NCBI GenBank assembly: GCA_046563655.1
Contig: CM102290.1
Location: 1,054,001 to 1,118,000 of the forward strand
Direction: 5' to 3'
Length of the DNA stretch: 64,000 nt
Origin: Yuukianura sp. NJ FZ-2021
Lineage: Eukaryota
Shown: positions 1 through 12,653 of the stretch, one piece after another
Layout of the letters: every line of letters starts with the position of its first letter
Position numbering within the stretch: the stretch's first letter is position 1
Position numbers and translations under genes: made by a program
The notes under the pieces: generated by a model
What the model was told of the DNA's origin: nothing
What the model saw: the letters and a program-made list of their open reading frames with translations, nothing else
Databases searched by the model: none

Positions 1-3000
1 GACGTTTTCAAAAAAATCACGTACGTTTAATGGTGTGAAAATAAGGAAAATTTTGTTAGATGATGTGAATCATATCATATCTGAGAAGATTTTGGTTATA
101 TGATCATATCGTATCAGTTCAAATTTTAGCGGAAAAAGTTTCAAAACATTTGCAACATCATAAAAAGTGAAAAGAAAAATATAAAGAATTTTTTTAACAT
201 AACTTAAGCGAACACGAACGGCATTATAACTTCAGGCTTGAAGTTGTGTTTGAGAACTTAACATCGCACGTTTGTTTATATTTATGACAGATATTCAGTT
301 ATGAGTTGAACAGGTTCCGTTGTTGATAGTACAAATCCCGAGGATTTTAATTGCAAATCCTAAACCTCAATTTATCATGGCCACGACACGAAATTTAGCA
401 AAGGGAGAGGAGAAAGCATTACCTTGCGAAACTAATGGTGTGAACTAAAGTTAATCAGAGGAGCCGTCGTGCAAACGGTTAAAAACTTTTTAAATTAAAA
501 AGCTTTCAAATAAATAACTTTTGCATAGTTCAGAGAGGTTCTAAATTGAGTTGCATTTAAACGAAGTCTACTTTCAGCACCCGTGTGTTTGGTTAATTTA
601 AAACTTTTTTGAAACGTACAATTTTGAAACCTCTTTCGCTTTACAAACCTTTGGCTCCTCGATAAACGGCGATCCGGTAAAAAACTCAATTTTTTTGTTT
701 GGTGTGTTAACTTTCACACTGCCGTTAGAATCCTAGTCGTTCCCAACTGACATGATTGTGAAAACTTCAGTTGAAAATTAAGTTTCACTGGTTCTGACTA
801 CTTGTTGTGAAATGGTTTTGCATAGGCACGAATAGGCGGCACTTAACTCAATGACCGACAAAAATGGATCGCGAACTGGATGAATTGCAACAACCAAAAA
901 GAAAAGCTTTTGTTGTGAAAATTGAATCCACTTTAATTGAAAGCCTTTCTACACGCGACTGTTAGTGGAAGTGTTACTTGAAAGAGGCAATTCCCAACTT
1001 TGGAACTATTGCTGAATGGATGTGTGAAAAATGACTTGACCTCTCTCTTCTGGCACCAGCAGTCCATTTTAAAAGCAACGTTCATCCCCTAACGCTGAAC
1101 AGATCCTACGATGACTTGTACCTGGTGGGAATGTTTCCTTATATTTTCCAAGATGGAAACCGTGATAGTCACTGAGGCATGGCCATGGCACTGCATGTCA
1201 AATCCATCTCTAGCAGATGAATCATACACGGTCCTCACAAATTTACAACTTTACATTAATTAGCTAAACATTATTACCCTGCACGATTTAGTGTAGAAGA
1301 AATTCTACCTCCGCTATAGAAGAAAACGAAAGATTGAGTGTTCATTTTTTAATGTTTAACCAATCATCTTCCTCGCTTACTTCCGATCAACCAACCTCGG
1401 AAACTACTTTTTTACAAAGCACAAATAAAGTAACAACAGTTGAAACTTCCAAGTTAAAAAAAATCTGAAACGTTACTGATGGGTTCCAACGACGACGTTG
1501 CAGCAGACTTAAGTTGGAATTACGACTTCCAGAAAAATACGAATCTTTAACTACAAAATAATAAATTAACTTACATTTTGTTAAATTAACATCAGCCAGT
1601 AGGTGAGATTCGAAGATCGGTAAACTTGTGATCTTCTTGGCCCCTACGTCTTATCCCAAATCCATTTGAACACAATTCACAATTTTTGTGGAAATGTAGA
1701 CCATGTTGAGCATTCACTCTCACTTTTGTGACTGAACTTAAAATTGCGGTTGTTTGGAGAGATGAAGTTGGTGATGGATGATCATATCCATTGGAGATCC
1801 ATGCTGCCTAAAACACCACGCACACAGATGAACTTTCACAGATTTCCACCCCGCCCGTCTATTTCGACAAAGGTTGTTCTTCACTTAAGCACAACGCACC
1901 TAAATTCAATTGAATTTTACAAATCTGTGCGTATCTGTGAAGAAGATCATGTTGAGAAGCCACTTCCGTTTCCAGAAATAGACACAAAGTGACATAGGGT
2001 GTATAGGCTCAATTGGTGACAATGAAGCAGCAGAGGGTTGTTCCCACTTAAACTCTCTCTCCCTTCTTCCCTTGTCTTTTTAAACGCTGAACATGCTCTT
2101 CTCTCAATCTGAAACTGTGTTTTGTGGTCCTTGGTTAGTGTGGATTGTGGATCTGCTCATGATTAGGTCTCAAGAGATCAAACATTCGAGACACCTACAC
2201 GAAGTTGGAGCTGAATGCTAAGACATGGACGTAGGGATACCATTAGCCAAGAAAATGGACATTTTTTAACTAAACTGGTAGCAATTAACCCACCTACGCT
2301 ACCATCCTCTCTCCATATGGCCATCCGAGATCACATCTCTGCTCTGTGTATTCTTTCATTTGAGATGACCTCCACTTCAACCACTTTACTACAAAAAAAT
2401 AAGGACAACCGAATGCATTTGAAAGGCTATTCAAAGGCTTGTGTGGTCCAGGTACATTTGCTGCGCAGATCCACAGTTCTTAAAAAAAACCTTAGGTTAC
2501 ACCGAAATTATGTTGTGTTAACGTTGTTGTAGCCTAACTTTGAATTTGTGACTTGTTAGTGTACGCTTCAAGCTTACTGGCGCTAAATCTGTTTTGAAGA
2601 TTCTAAATTTAAAACGATACAGCTATAATGGTCACTCATATCGGTCGCTTGTGTCGGCAAGACGCTGTACATTAATCTAATCCACTTCCATGCTGGAATT
2701 GTAAACCTGCTATGCTTATTACTTGCTGACAGATTCATTAGTTAAAAAAATATTATCTTATTCCAGCTACCCTCTCTGATGGAGAATGTTTACTTACAAG
2801 TTACAAAGTATAAATCTTACCCCCTACACGCCAACTTCCTAATCTGAACTTTCAACAATTTTGTTGTTAAAAACCATGTTATGCCATTTGCCAAATCCAT
2901 GAATCTCGTAGCCTGTGGCGTTTAAATCGGTTATAAACCAACTACAAACGAGTTGCTACAATTTTCACTGTTCGTGTAACTCTTACCTGGTTTTTGTTGT

Positions 3001-3251
3001 GGCTTGTAAGTACAGACCCCGAGTCATAGCCATAGCCAAATACAATGGAAGAGGGAAAAAATCCGTGACCTTGTTTGTTTTTCAATTGAAGGTCACGCCG
3101 TACCATTAACAAGCAATCGTTTCTTAATCCTGTAGCACCCTCAGCACAAATTTTACCAGTAAGAACAAAAGCAAAGCGTCATTTAAATTTTAAAATGCGA
3201 CGAGCGCGACACCTTGCGAAATTTTTTGTTGTAAAAAATCTGATGTGTCGA

Positions 3252-3257
3252 CACGTG
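3252..3257. promoter_or_regulatory. CACGTG E-box near the RPF1 5' end (candidate Myc/Max site)
   Basis: The motif lies ~175 bp upstream of the ATG. Ribosome-biogenesis genes are classic Myc targets, but a single hexamer is weak evidence. Confidence 0.3.
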
Positions 3258-3429
3258 AATTTTATTCAAAAGTGATCGGCGGAATTACACACGAGCGATC
3301 ACATCAACACATGGTAATGGCAAATGGTGTTTTCAAATTTAGTGTAGTTACTAATTATTAATTGTTTTGAGTTAATTATTTTAATCATTTTCAGTAACAT
3401 AAGCTCACCTTACCTAACAATCTGGAACA

Positions 3430-4959
3430 ATGAGGCCTACCAACGCTAAAGAAAAGGCACGAAATCGACCGAAGCAGGGACCTTCTCCAAAGAAGCGCCG
3501 AAATGAAATCAAGGTGATTTATTACTTTACTGGTTATTTTAATTACGTTACTGCAATTAGTGTGTGCCTATGAGTTTGATCTCAATTAGTTATTAATCGT
3601 TTCTTCGAAGCTGAACAGTCCCATAGTCCCATTAACATTTCGCTTCCAGTATAATACGAAGATTGTATGTATTGAAGACAGTGCATATGAAAGGAATAGT
3701 TTTCCAAGTTTTGAAATTAAAACCCATTCTGTGATTATTGAATTACAGGCGGAGAAAAAGAAAGAGCGGAAGCGCGTACTAGCTGAAGCAGAGGCACTAG
3801 GCAAAGAACCACCGCCTAAGAAAATTCCAAAGACATTGGAGTCGTTACGAGAACCGGATGTAACAGTTGTAGAAGAGGCTGACCCAGAAACTGGATTCGA
3901 TCTAACCAACGACAATTTTGCTGCATATTTTAAGAAATCGTATGAACCTAAGGTTTTAATCACGTCTCAAGCAAATCCAACCTTAGTAAGTTTTGTCCAC
4001 TCTTACCATTGCCATTATTTTCGGAAATTACGAAGTTTTGACTGAGTTATGCTTCACTGCTGAATTTGATCGAAGTATTTGCTTTTACAGTGCACTAGGC
4101 TCTTCCTCAAGGAACTACAACGGTTGATACCCAATGCAGAAGTATTTCATAGGAGGCAGTCAACTGTGAAGAAGATGATTGCGCAAGCAATTGAGAAGGG
4201 ATTCACCGATGTTGTTGTTATCAACGAACACAACAAGGAACCAAGTATGGAAAATACTTTATTTAAGTTAATAATTTGAATTTGTTAATAATAAGTTTGA
4301 ACGGCAGGCAGTATGCTGTTATCTCACTTGCCTGAGGGTCCAACCGCTTTCTTTAAAGTGAGTAATGTTAAACTCACGCAGCATATCAAGGTAAGCGTAA
4401 TTTCATATTCTCGTTTTTTTTTTGTCCCGTTGTATGTTGCGTATCTTTGCACTAGTTGTCATTAAAATCTATTCTTCTGAATTCTAGAGGGATTGGCGTG
4501 AAATAACAAGCCATCGGCCAGAAGTAATTCTTACGAACTTCGGAACGCGTTTGGGTGTTGTGGTGGGGCGTATGCTGGCTTCCCTATTTCACTACGATCC
4601 ACAATTTAAAGGACGTCGAGTGGTTACTTTCCATAATCAGAGAGACTACATTTTCATCAGGCACCATCGGTAACTGACGATGAGTCTATTATTTTGAACA
4701 TTACTAAGACAAAGACAAGTAATCGTGTCCTAACAAAGACGTCGTAACTGAAGTTTGTTTTCAATTATGTATTAATTACAGGTACGAGTTCAAGGACGCG
4801 GGAAAAAGAGCAGCTCTGAGAGAGCTTGGTCCAAGATTTACTCTAAAGCTAAAGTCACTTCAAGAGGGCACATTTGATTCTAAAACTGGAGAATACGAAT
4901 GGATCATTACGAACAAGAGACACGAGCTTGAAAGCAGTCGACGCAGATTTCATCTCTAG
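3430..4959 (+). CDS. RPF1: Ribosome production factor 1 (Brix/IMP4 superfamily), 6 coding exons: 3430-3513, 3749-3985, 4091-4244, 4308-4390, 4488-4669, 4782-4959 (~305 aa)
   Basis: GT-AG joins keep the frame. The translation contains [93 protein letters not shown] and a C-terminal RRRFHL*, all characteristic of RPF1. Confidence 0.95.
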
Positions 4960-5179
4960 TAGGTCCATATTCTTCAGAAGGTTCACGCGCGGAACTATTA
5001 TTATCATAAGCGCTAAAGCACTATTTAAAACAAGTTTTACGTTTTACTACTAATATAAAAATTAATAAAATATGTTTCATTTTTTCTTCACTCCCTAATT
5101 TTGTTACATTTCTGCCAAAAATTTTCTCCGAACTCAGGTATGTTGTGCAAAGAAGACTATTTATTTCATTCTCTCCATT

Positions 5180-5290
5180 TCTGTTTGACTGCGATGCCAT
5201 GAAATGAAAATGGATTTTTGGCAAAATCGAAAAAACATGAGGTATTACCTAACCTGTTAAAGAAAAGTAACAAATAATCAACAAACCTTG
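5180..5290 (-). mobile_element. Partial copy of CAAGG-TIR MITE, subfamily B
   Basis: GACTGCGATGCCATGAAATGAAAA...CATGAGGTATTACCTAACCTGTTAAAGAAAA...AACCTTG matches 44790-44896 and the reverse complement of 54260-54370. Confidence 0.7.
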
Positions 5291-8200
5291 TCTGATCGTA
5301 TGATCAAAAACCTTTTTTTTTTGATGGCGACATTGTGTGGTGATAATGCAAGAAACCAAAAAATCGCTAGAATTCGAACTGGCGTTTACTATATAGGCAG
5401 TGAAAATAGGGGGCGCAGGTTTACCTCAACCTAGTTTTTAAACCTACCTACTAATAGGAAAAATATTTCCCGGGATAAACCTTTCATCGAATGATGAAAT
5501 TTTCCGGAAATTGATACGTGTTTTCTTTTCCGAAAGTATAAATTGTGGTCTCATCGGGTCACAGAACCCGTCCGCTGTGACCTCGACAAAACTAATGAAT
5601 GGAAATCATCTTTAGTTGCTCCTATTTTTGCTAGAGTGATATTAATATGCGAGCTAGAGTTACCCAAGTAATCAACTTTGATTTTTCTGAAACCCCATTC
5701 TTTTATTTTCTCATTTTTCTAATGCCCAGAAAATCTGATCCGAGAAACTATAGTTTCAATCTGAGGTGTGTTTAAAGTCAAGGACTTTCTTCGTTTCTTA
5801 CGAAATATCATCCGAATTTGATAGTCCGATCTCTAAAACATCAAAATATTCGTAATTTCAGAGAAATTTTTTTAGTATCTTGGCGTTTTCTATACAAAAA
5901 AAAAAACTTATGCTTACGCACATCATAAATTTTCTGAATTTGAAGGAATCGGTAGGTAGAAAGGAGCGAATAAAGTAAAATCCTAGTATGGAAGTGTTAA
6001 TGACACTTGTCTAATATTTCATTTTCACCAGAGCTGCAGAGAATCGAATCCAAGCGGCAATAAAAGTGCTTGATTAACGGTTTTTGGCAACAGTCATCTC
6101 ATAAACTGATCGTTCATTTAAAATATGCTACAGTAAAATTTGTGAAATTTTGTTTCAATTTGAAAATTATGATGAGCAGTAGTGTTATAAGGCGAAGATT
6201 TAATTTTTGTTGGTAAACCTGTCATAAGAACTCTCACCATCTTCTAACACAGACGGTTTGTGAGGCCCTCATAAACTTCACTCTGAAATAAATTGCTCAA
6301 GTAGGCAACAACTGAAGGGAGACGCTGAATGGACAAAAATCAGGAAGTCGTGAATTCATTTTTATGCAGAGCAGATGCAATTCATGCAATTTTCAAAAAA
6401 AAAAATCACCAAAGTTAATAGACTAATGTAAAACAAATTGACGATGCACCAGATCATTTTCAATAGAGAAATCATCCCTAATTTGAGAGAAGAAGCTGGA
6501 AGGCTGAAAGACTATAATTCAGTTGCCAATTGATTCATGTACAAAAAGAATATTATAACTTATAGCAATTTTTTCAAAAATCAGTTGAGAATTGAGGTGT
6601 AAAGTGAACTCAAAACAAAATGGTCCAAACTTTTTTTGAAATTGAAAAATTAGGCCAAATTACGATAATTTTGAAAATGTTTTTATACTGTAAAGCAAGT
6701 TATTGTGTCTGTTACAGTTCTGATGCCATTAAAACTATGAGAAACTCAATATGTTTTCCCTTTGTATTGACGTTTGACCAATAAGCCGAAGAAATTACAG
6801 TTTGGAACTCTTGACAAAGTACGCAGCATAAAATCTGAAAACATGTACTATCATTTAGAAAAGGAAAAGTATTTGACACACTTTGATGTTAGTAGTAGTT
6901 TGGCAAGGAAAAATACTTATATAAAAGTACTACATTGAAAACTAAAGTTGGATTTTACCAATGTTCAAAAAGTAGTATGTAGTAATAAGTCTTCCAAGCA
7001 GCATCTAGACTTCCAACCCTGCTTCCTCGAGAAAGTTCTAACAATTTGGAAGGTCTATTAGACGAGATAATAAGCGTGGGAAAATGTGATGTAAAGCGAA
7101 AGAAAATTGGTAGTGAAAGCAAGTTGATTTTAAAAAAGGAAAAACAACAAACGTGTCACGTTGTGTTTTGTTCAGGATATTTCAAATTGAAATTTTTGAC
7201 CGAAGAAATTCAATTCCCAGAAATGATGAAAAGCTCATGTGTGTTGATATGTGTGTCATTTTTTTCTAACAGTACTTGTATACTAATTCAATTTGACGCT
7301 CGTGACGTCTAGACGCTCCGGTACTCTCTGCTCTAATTTATGATCATATTACCATCATTTTCATGTTTCTGATTTTGGTTTATTTTGCAAATTTTTCACA
7401 TGTTTCAAAGTTATTTTACAGTTTTGAATTTATAAAAAAAACGAATTTTAATACTAATTTGGCATTTGTTGTCTCGGACTGAAACTTGATACTTGAGCGT
7501 TCTCCTTGTGTTCTTTTGATGTCTTTGTTAGACGAAATTAGTTGTTTGGACTTATCTCTGTTGTGCATCTGCCATTTTTCATGGAAATTATCGTTTTTGT
7601 GAAACATTTCAAAAATACAAATGAAATGCAGGGTTACTTCATGTGGTGTGTATGTAACATTTGTCAAAACATAAAAAAACTCAAACAATGCTATCTTAAT
7701 TGTATTGTTAGGTAGAGTTGTTTGATGGGTTTATGCTTTGTGACTTGTTACTTCAAAGTGCATCTGCATCAATGCTTCTTAAGTGACCTTTGAACACTCA
7801 TTATTTTACAAATGTCTCCAACTTGTCATTTTCTCAAATTATGAGTATTGTATCTGAAACGATTTTCAGAATTGCAACCACTGCCTGCAGACTTGCAATA
7901 TCGGAATTAAACTTAAGCATTGAAGCATAACTTGTTCGAAATGGAAGCAAGACGAATCTCAGTAATTAGAAAAAAAATTGTCTTCCTTATGTTAATGATT
8001 ACAAAAAAAAAAAAGAAGAAAAGTATTAACATCAAAGAAAGGGCACCAAAGAACATCAAAGATTTTATTTTACTATAGCCCAAGTTGTTGAAATATCACA
8101 AACGGATTATGAATCCCTTGCTAGTGATACATTGTCGATCCACTACAACTGAATATCGCGCTAAATTGTTTAAAGTGTGTGCAGTTAGGAGTTTGTTTTA

Positions 8201-10490
8201 TTGATATATTATAATAATAATACTATTATTAGTTAACATGAACAAATTCGTTTTCCAAGGCTAGCTAAAAACCGACATGGAATCAAGTCTATTTTATTGA
8301 ACTCATTTCAACAGTTAAAAAAGTTCGACTATTCGCAAATCGCAATCGTCACGTGGAGTTTTGGCCTTGGCTGCTTTTTTTTCCGTAAATTATTTTTTTC
8401 TCGAAAGGGATATCCCAGAATTGGTAAATTCGTTTTGAAGAAAACTTGTTTTTTCCATTGTTGATTTTACTTTGCATTTTATATCCTCGTTGAAGAGTCA
8501 TCACTTGATTTACGTACCTAGTTTAAGGATTAATTAATTTTTTCATTATTTGAGAATAACATTTTCATAATACTTGAATCGTTTGAAGTGGAAGTGGATC
8601 TTCCAGTTCTCAGAGGATTCCTACTGCTGAATCCATCAACAAAATTACCGTTCTCGCTAGGGTTAGCCCATCCATCCAAACGCTATGGGAAATTATTGTA
8701 ATTCTCACCTTCGTAGCGTTTTTTTTTAATTTCCAAAAATTCGTAGTAATGAAATTCTTCAGGCATAGTCATAACTATGAAAACATGTCAGAGATTTAAA
8801 AAAATATCTGTATTGTAACAAATAAAATTTCCTTCACATTTAGCAATTTCTTTAATTACTAAACTTTCCGTCGAGATTGGTTCATTCGGTCAGCGCAGCG
8901 CTGTTCTGAATAACCGTGGTTGCATGTTTTCGTTACTCACTCCCTAAAAATTCTAAATTTTCAAACAGTTTTGTTTAAATAATGTAAGATTTTCTGGTTC
9001 CTTGACTTTTCACGGTAGTCTTCAAATTGCGGTGATGTCAGGCACCCCTGCCCACAACTTTTGAAGTTTTGTAGCCAGACGCTAGTAAACAATTTTTTTG
9101 AAAACTGAATTTTTCAGATTTCCTCACTTCAAGTCCAAAAGATTTAGAGAATATGTTAATAGGATTTGGAGAAAGACAATGATTTGAAATGCGGTATAAA
9201 CCGCTTCAAATATGGTTTTGGATTTAACTCTCTGCTGTAGTTGTTAACTTTAATTTGGAATGATTTATGATATTATTTGGAGAGGGAAATGACTCGATTG
9301 ATGCAAAGAGTTGTCAGGATGAGTACAATTGTTGTATTTAATCCGCAGTGGCGTCCGCATACATTGCCCACAGAAGTCTCAGAAACAGTAGAAACATGGG
9401 CGGATGGAAGATGAATTGTTGTCCGACCACAAAACAACAATGGAAGCCAACTTTTGAACAATTTATGTCTAAATTTGGGAATAACAATCCTTCCCAAGTA
9501 TCCTGCACAAAAGTACACACGAGTACCAATTTGTCAAATCAAAACCCGCCTCCCCAATACACTTAATTTTAAACGCATTTTTTTCAGCTTTGTCAAAATT
9601 TTGTTATTTGACATAACGAAATGTAGGGGATGATCTCGGATTCTGGATTAGTTGTAGGATCTGAAACAAAATATTTTGAGTCATCAGGTTTTGAAATACT
9701 TGTTTATTTCCGATAACAAAAATTAGTTTGACTACACATTCAACAATTCATCTAAGTTGTAAACCGTATGTTTCAAAATGACGAATAAATTTTACATTCA
9801 AGAGGATCTTATGCAGCGGACTTTTTCTTTCGGACTTTAAAAGGCATCATGGAAAATTTTGTGTTTGACGAAGGGAAAAAGATTGTGTTCGTTTTGGTAT
9901 AATGGAGAACAGAATGTCAAAAATGCACTACCAAGAAATACTGCTTTCACTTGAACCAAAAATTCGGTGTTGACTCGTGGCATATCAATTCTCACTGAAA
10001 TTAAAAATTAGAGGTAGGTGTGGCGGGATATTCGAAAATGTTTGCAAAACATTCCGCAAATTCTTTTTGACCCTGTGTTTATTTTGTGCTATTTTTGCAC
10101 AAACTTCCTAATTTGTAAAAATGAAATCTTAAGGTGATTTTAAATGGATGTTCGTTCTTTAGTTAAAAGTGGGGGAAGTCAAGGTATGTGGAGCGTAGGA
10201 TGACTGTTTGTGTCTAAAGCTTCTGCGGTATTCCACCGTAAAAGGTCACAAGAACCGTCATTAACTTTCTTCAGCAGCAAACAAAAGCTAAACAAAACCT
10301 GCTTAACAATAATTTTAAAACTAATGCCTAGAAAAATTTTGTGGCTCATATTAAAAAAAAGGTAATTTTTTGGAAAATCAATGTTGAAAATGCTTGCTAA
10401 TGACTTTTGAACTTTGTACGACGTTATTTAAAAAATATTTCAGAAATATTTTATTTTAGAGAATGTTTTGGTATTATCTCGATCGAACAA

Positions 10491-10917
10491 TCACTCCGGG
10501 GTGGGTGTGACCGTTTTAATTTTGTTTTTGAGACTTATTGGTGACGACGTTTGATTTGTGTCTGGTTTCCCATTAGTATTTCTGGGAAAGACTGGATTCG
10601 GTGATATGATCTTCCGTGTGGGTGTGTATAATGGTGTTAATGAGGGAGACACGGGACTCCATAGCAGAACTGTATTTTTAAACATGGACTCCGGCACATA
10701 GGAACAACATGAGAAATTACGTAAACGTCCCCACGGCAGGATTCACACCACTGAAATATCCACGAAGGTCTTTACGCACAATTTAAAAATAGAGTTACGA
10801 TTATTACTCAACTCAACATAGCAACGCAGTCTCATTTAACACAAAGTCTTTAACAAATGGAGCACGACGGTTTATATCTTACGCCTTTTTCTGGAGGGCC
10901 ACACCCTCGGGCGACAC
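10491..10917 (-). mobile_element. Possible degraded Gypsy-like LTR retrotransposon fragment
   Basis: The minus-strand ORF (SLTPLY...KIIS...F...NGKPDT) loosely resembles the GPY/F region after Gypsy integrase. The segment starts TGTCGCC on the minus strand and has a TATA-like motif. Weak, by-eye similarity only. Confidence 0.25.
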
Positions 10918-12048
10918 TTCAGCCCTGTCATTTCCAAAGGTCATCAAGTGTCACGGTTCCTTGACCTCAAAATTCTACAGCCTTCGAGCTCCACCCCTAC
11001 CTACTAACTCTAAATTTGGAAAACGTTCCTGAAATGAGTCGTAAAAAGTCGCTTTTGAAAGAAAGTGCGACAGTTTTTCAAAAAAATCAGATTTTTGGGA
11101 ACATTTTTTACTACAAAACTGCAATAATAATTCTAATAATTTTCAATTCAATTGTCATTTAAAGAAATTTAATTTACTTAAAAAAAGCAAAAAAAAAAAC
11201 AATAATAATAATTTCTAACCTGTAGTTAAACAAATAATTTAATAAAATAATTTCAAAACTGGTAAAATGAATATATAGTACTAAATGGCCCTTAATTTTT
11301 GTTTTGGCGAAATTTTATATCTAAAACATAGACATGTTGGAATAAGTTAATGGACGTCGTTAGAAGGTGTTAATAGACCAAGTAATTCCAGGTTTTGTTA
11401 ATTTGCTTTTCATCTTACCGCAGTCATCTAACCGGAAATACCCGGTATTTGGAAAAAAACGTGTCAAAATGACCAAATAAATAATGGAAATGCCCCCTCC
11501 TAGTTCCGTTCAAATTCCAGGAGAAAATGGATTCATATCTAGACTGGACTTCCTGGAAGTACGATACTCCTGTCCATACAGTTACAGTGAGTCCATTCAT
11601 AAGTTTCAGAAACCTTGGTTCTACTTTCACTCTCCTTTTAATTAATTTTCACTAGAACTTTGTAGCATGTTGTAGGGTCATGACCCAAAAAAAAGGGAAA
11701 ATAAAGAAAAGGTGGGCGCCAGCTTTCGTTAGAAAGTCATGCAACGCAACATAGCTTAAGTCATGCAATGCACCTTTAATCTGTGACTCATGGACTAGGA
11801 AGTTGTGGAAGTGAAAGTGTGCAAAGTTCATTTTCAATGGAAATGATACACTTTATGTTTTCTCCAAGCTGAAAAAAAGTAGAGGTACGTACTGTTTACG
11901 CACTTTGTCACGAACGACGCCAAAATTGAAGGGCACTTCAAGACTCATTCCAAGGAAGATTTATGTCACGGATTGGATGATGACTTGTGAAGATGTCAAT
12001 GTCTCCGTTTTTGAGTAGACAATAGACTGCTAGAAGGTTAGATGACGT

Positions 12049-12288
12049 AATGGCATGGGAAGTTTTATGGCATAATGTAGACAAACAACCCTACAGCACT
12101 TGCTGTTATTCTGTTCCTGGCGAATTTAGTGCCAAATATTCACCGGTAAGTCATACCCATTGCGTCATCAGTGTAGTAGTATAGTTATTGCAATGGAAAA
12201 TGATCAGAAAATAGACACAAGATTCGTATTCATTGCTAAAAGGTAGCGGAACTTGCGTTAGCCATACGTTTATGGCTTCCATGCCATT
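12049..12288. mobile_element. Putative degenerate MITE (~240 bp)
   Basis: Imperfect terminal inverted repeat AATGGCATGGGAAG / CTTCCATGCCATT; no ORF; no target-site duplication (TSD) found. Confidence 0.35.
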
Positions 12289-12494
12289 CCGAAGGAAAAT
12301 AAGAACTTTGTTTTGCTAACACCATCATGTGAATTCTGTCACGCGGAAAGGTGTTAACGAACGAGATTCAATACCGCACTAATCATTGCACAGGTTTTTC
12401 CATTTTTCAAAAAGTGATTTTAAAAACAACATTTAGATTTTTTGCTTTGTTTATTTTGAATAAAAAGCAGATATCCCGATTGGTTTGGGTCTAT

Positions 12495-12653
12495 CAAGGT
12501 TGCTATAGCGCGCATTTATACAAATGCGCTAACAGGTTATGCCATAACTCCGATTTTTTTTAATAAAATCACGAAAAAAACAACAACAACTTTTGTACCA
12601 ATTTTGTACGAATTTAAGAAAAAACAAACAAAATTTCGATTTAAACAACCTTG
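12495..12653 (+). mobile_element. CAAGG-TIR MITE, subfamily A
   Basis: Ends are CAAGGTTG / CAACCTTG. The internal TTATACAAATGCGCTAACAGGTTATGCCATAACTC is shared with the copies at 37903 and 57824. Confidence 0.8.

Noticed and set aside
280..2460. Minus-strand multi-exon gene divergent from RPF1
   Set aside because: Several splice-like signals exist, but the joins I tried hit stops and no peptide was recognisable. A lncRNA or decayed element cannot be excluded.
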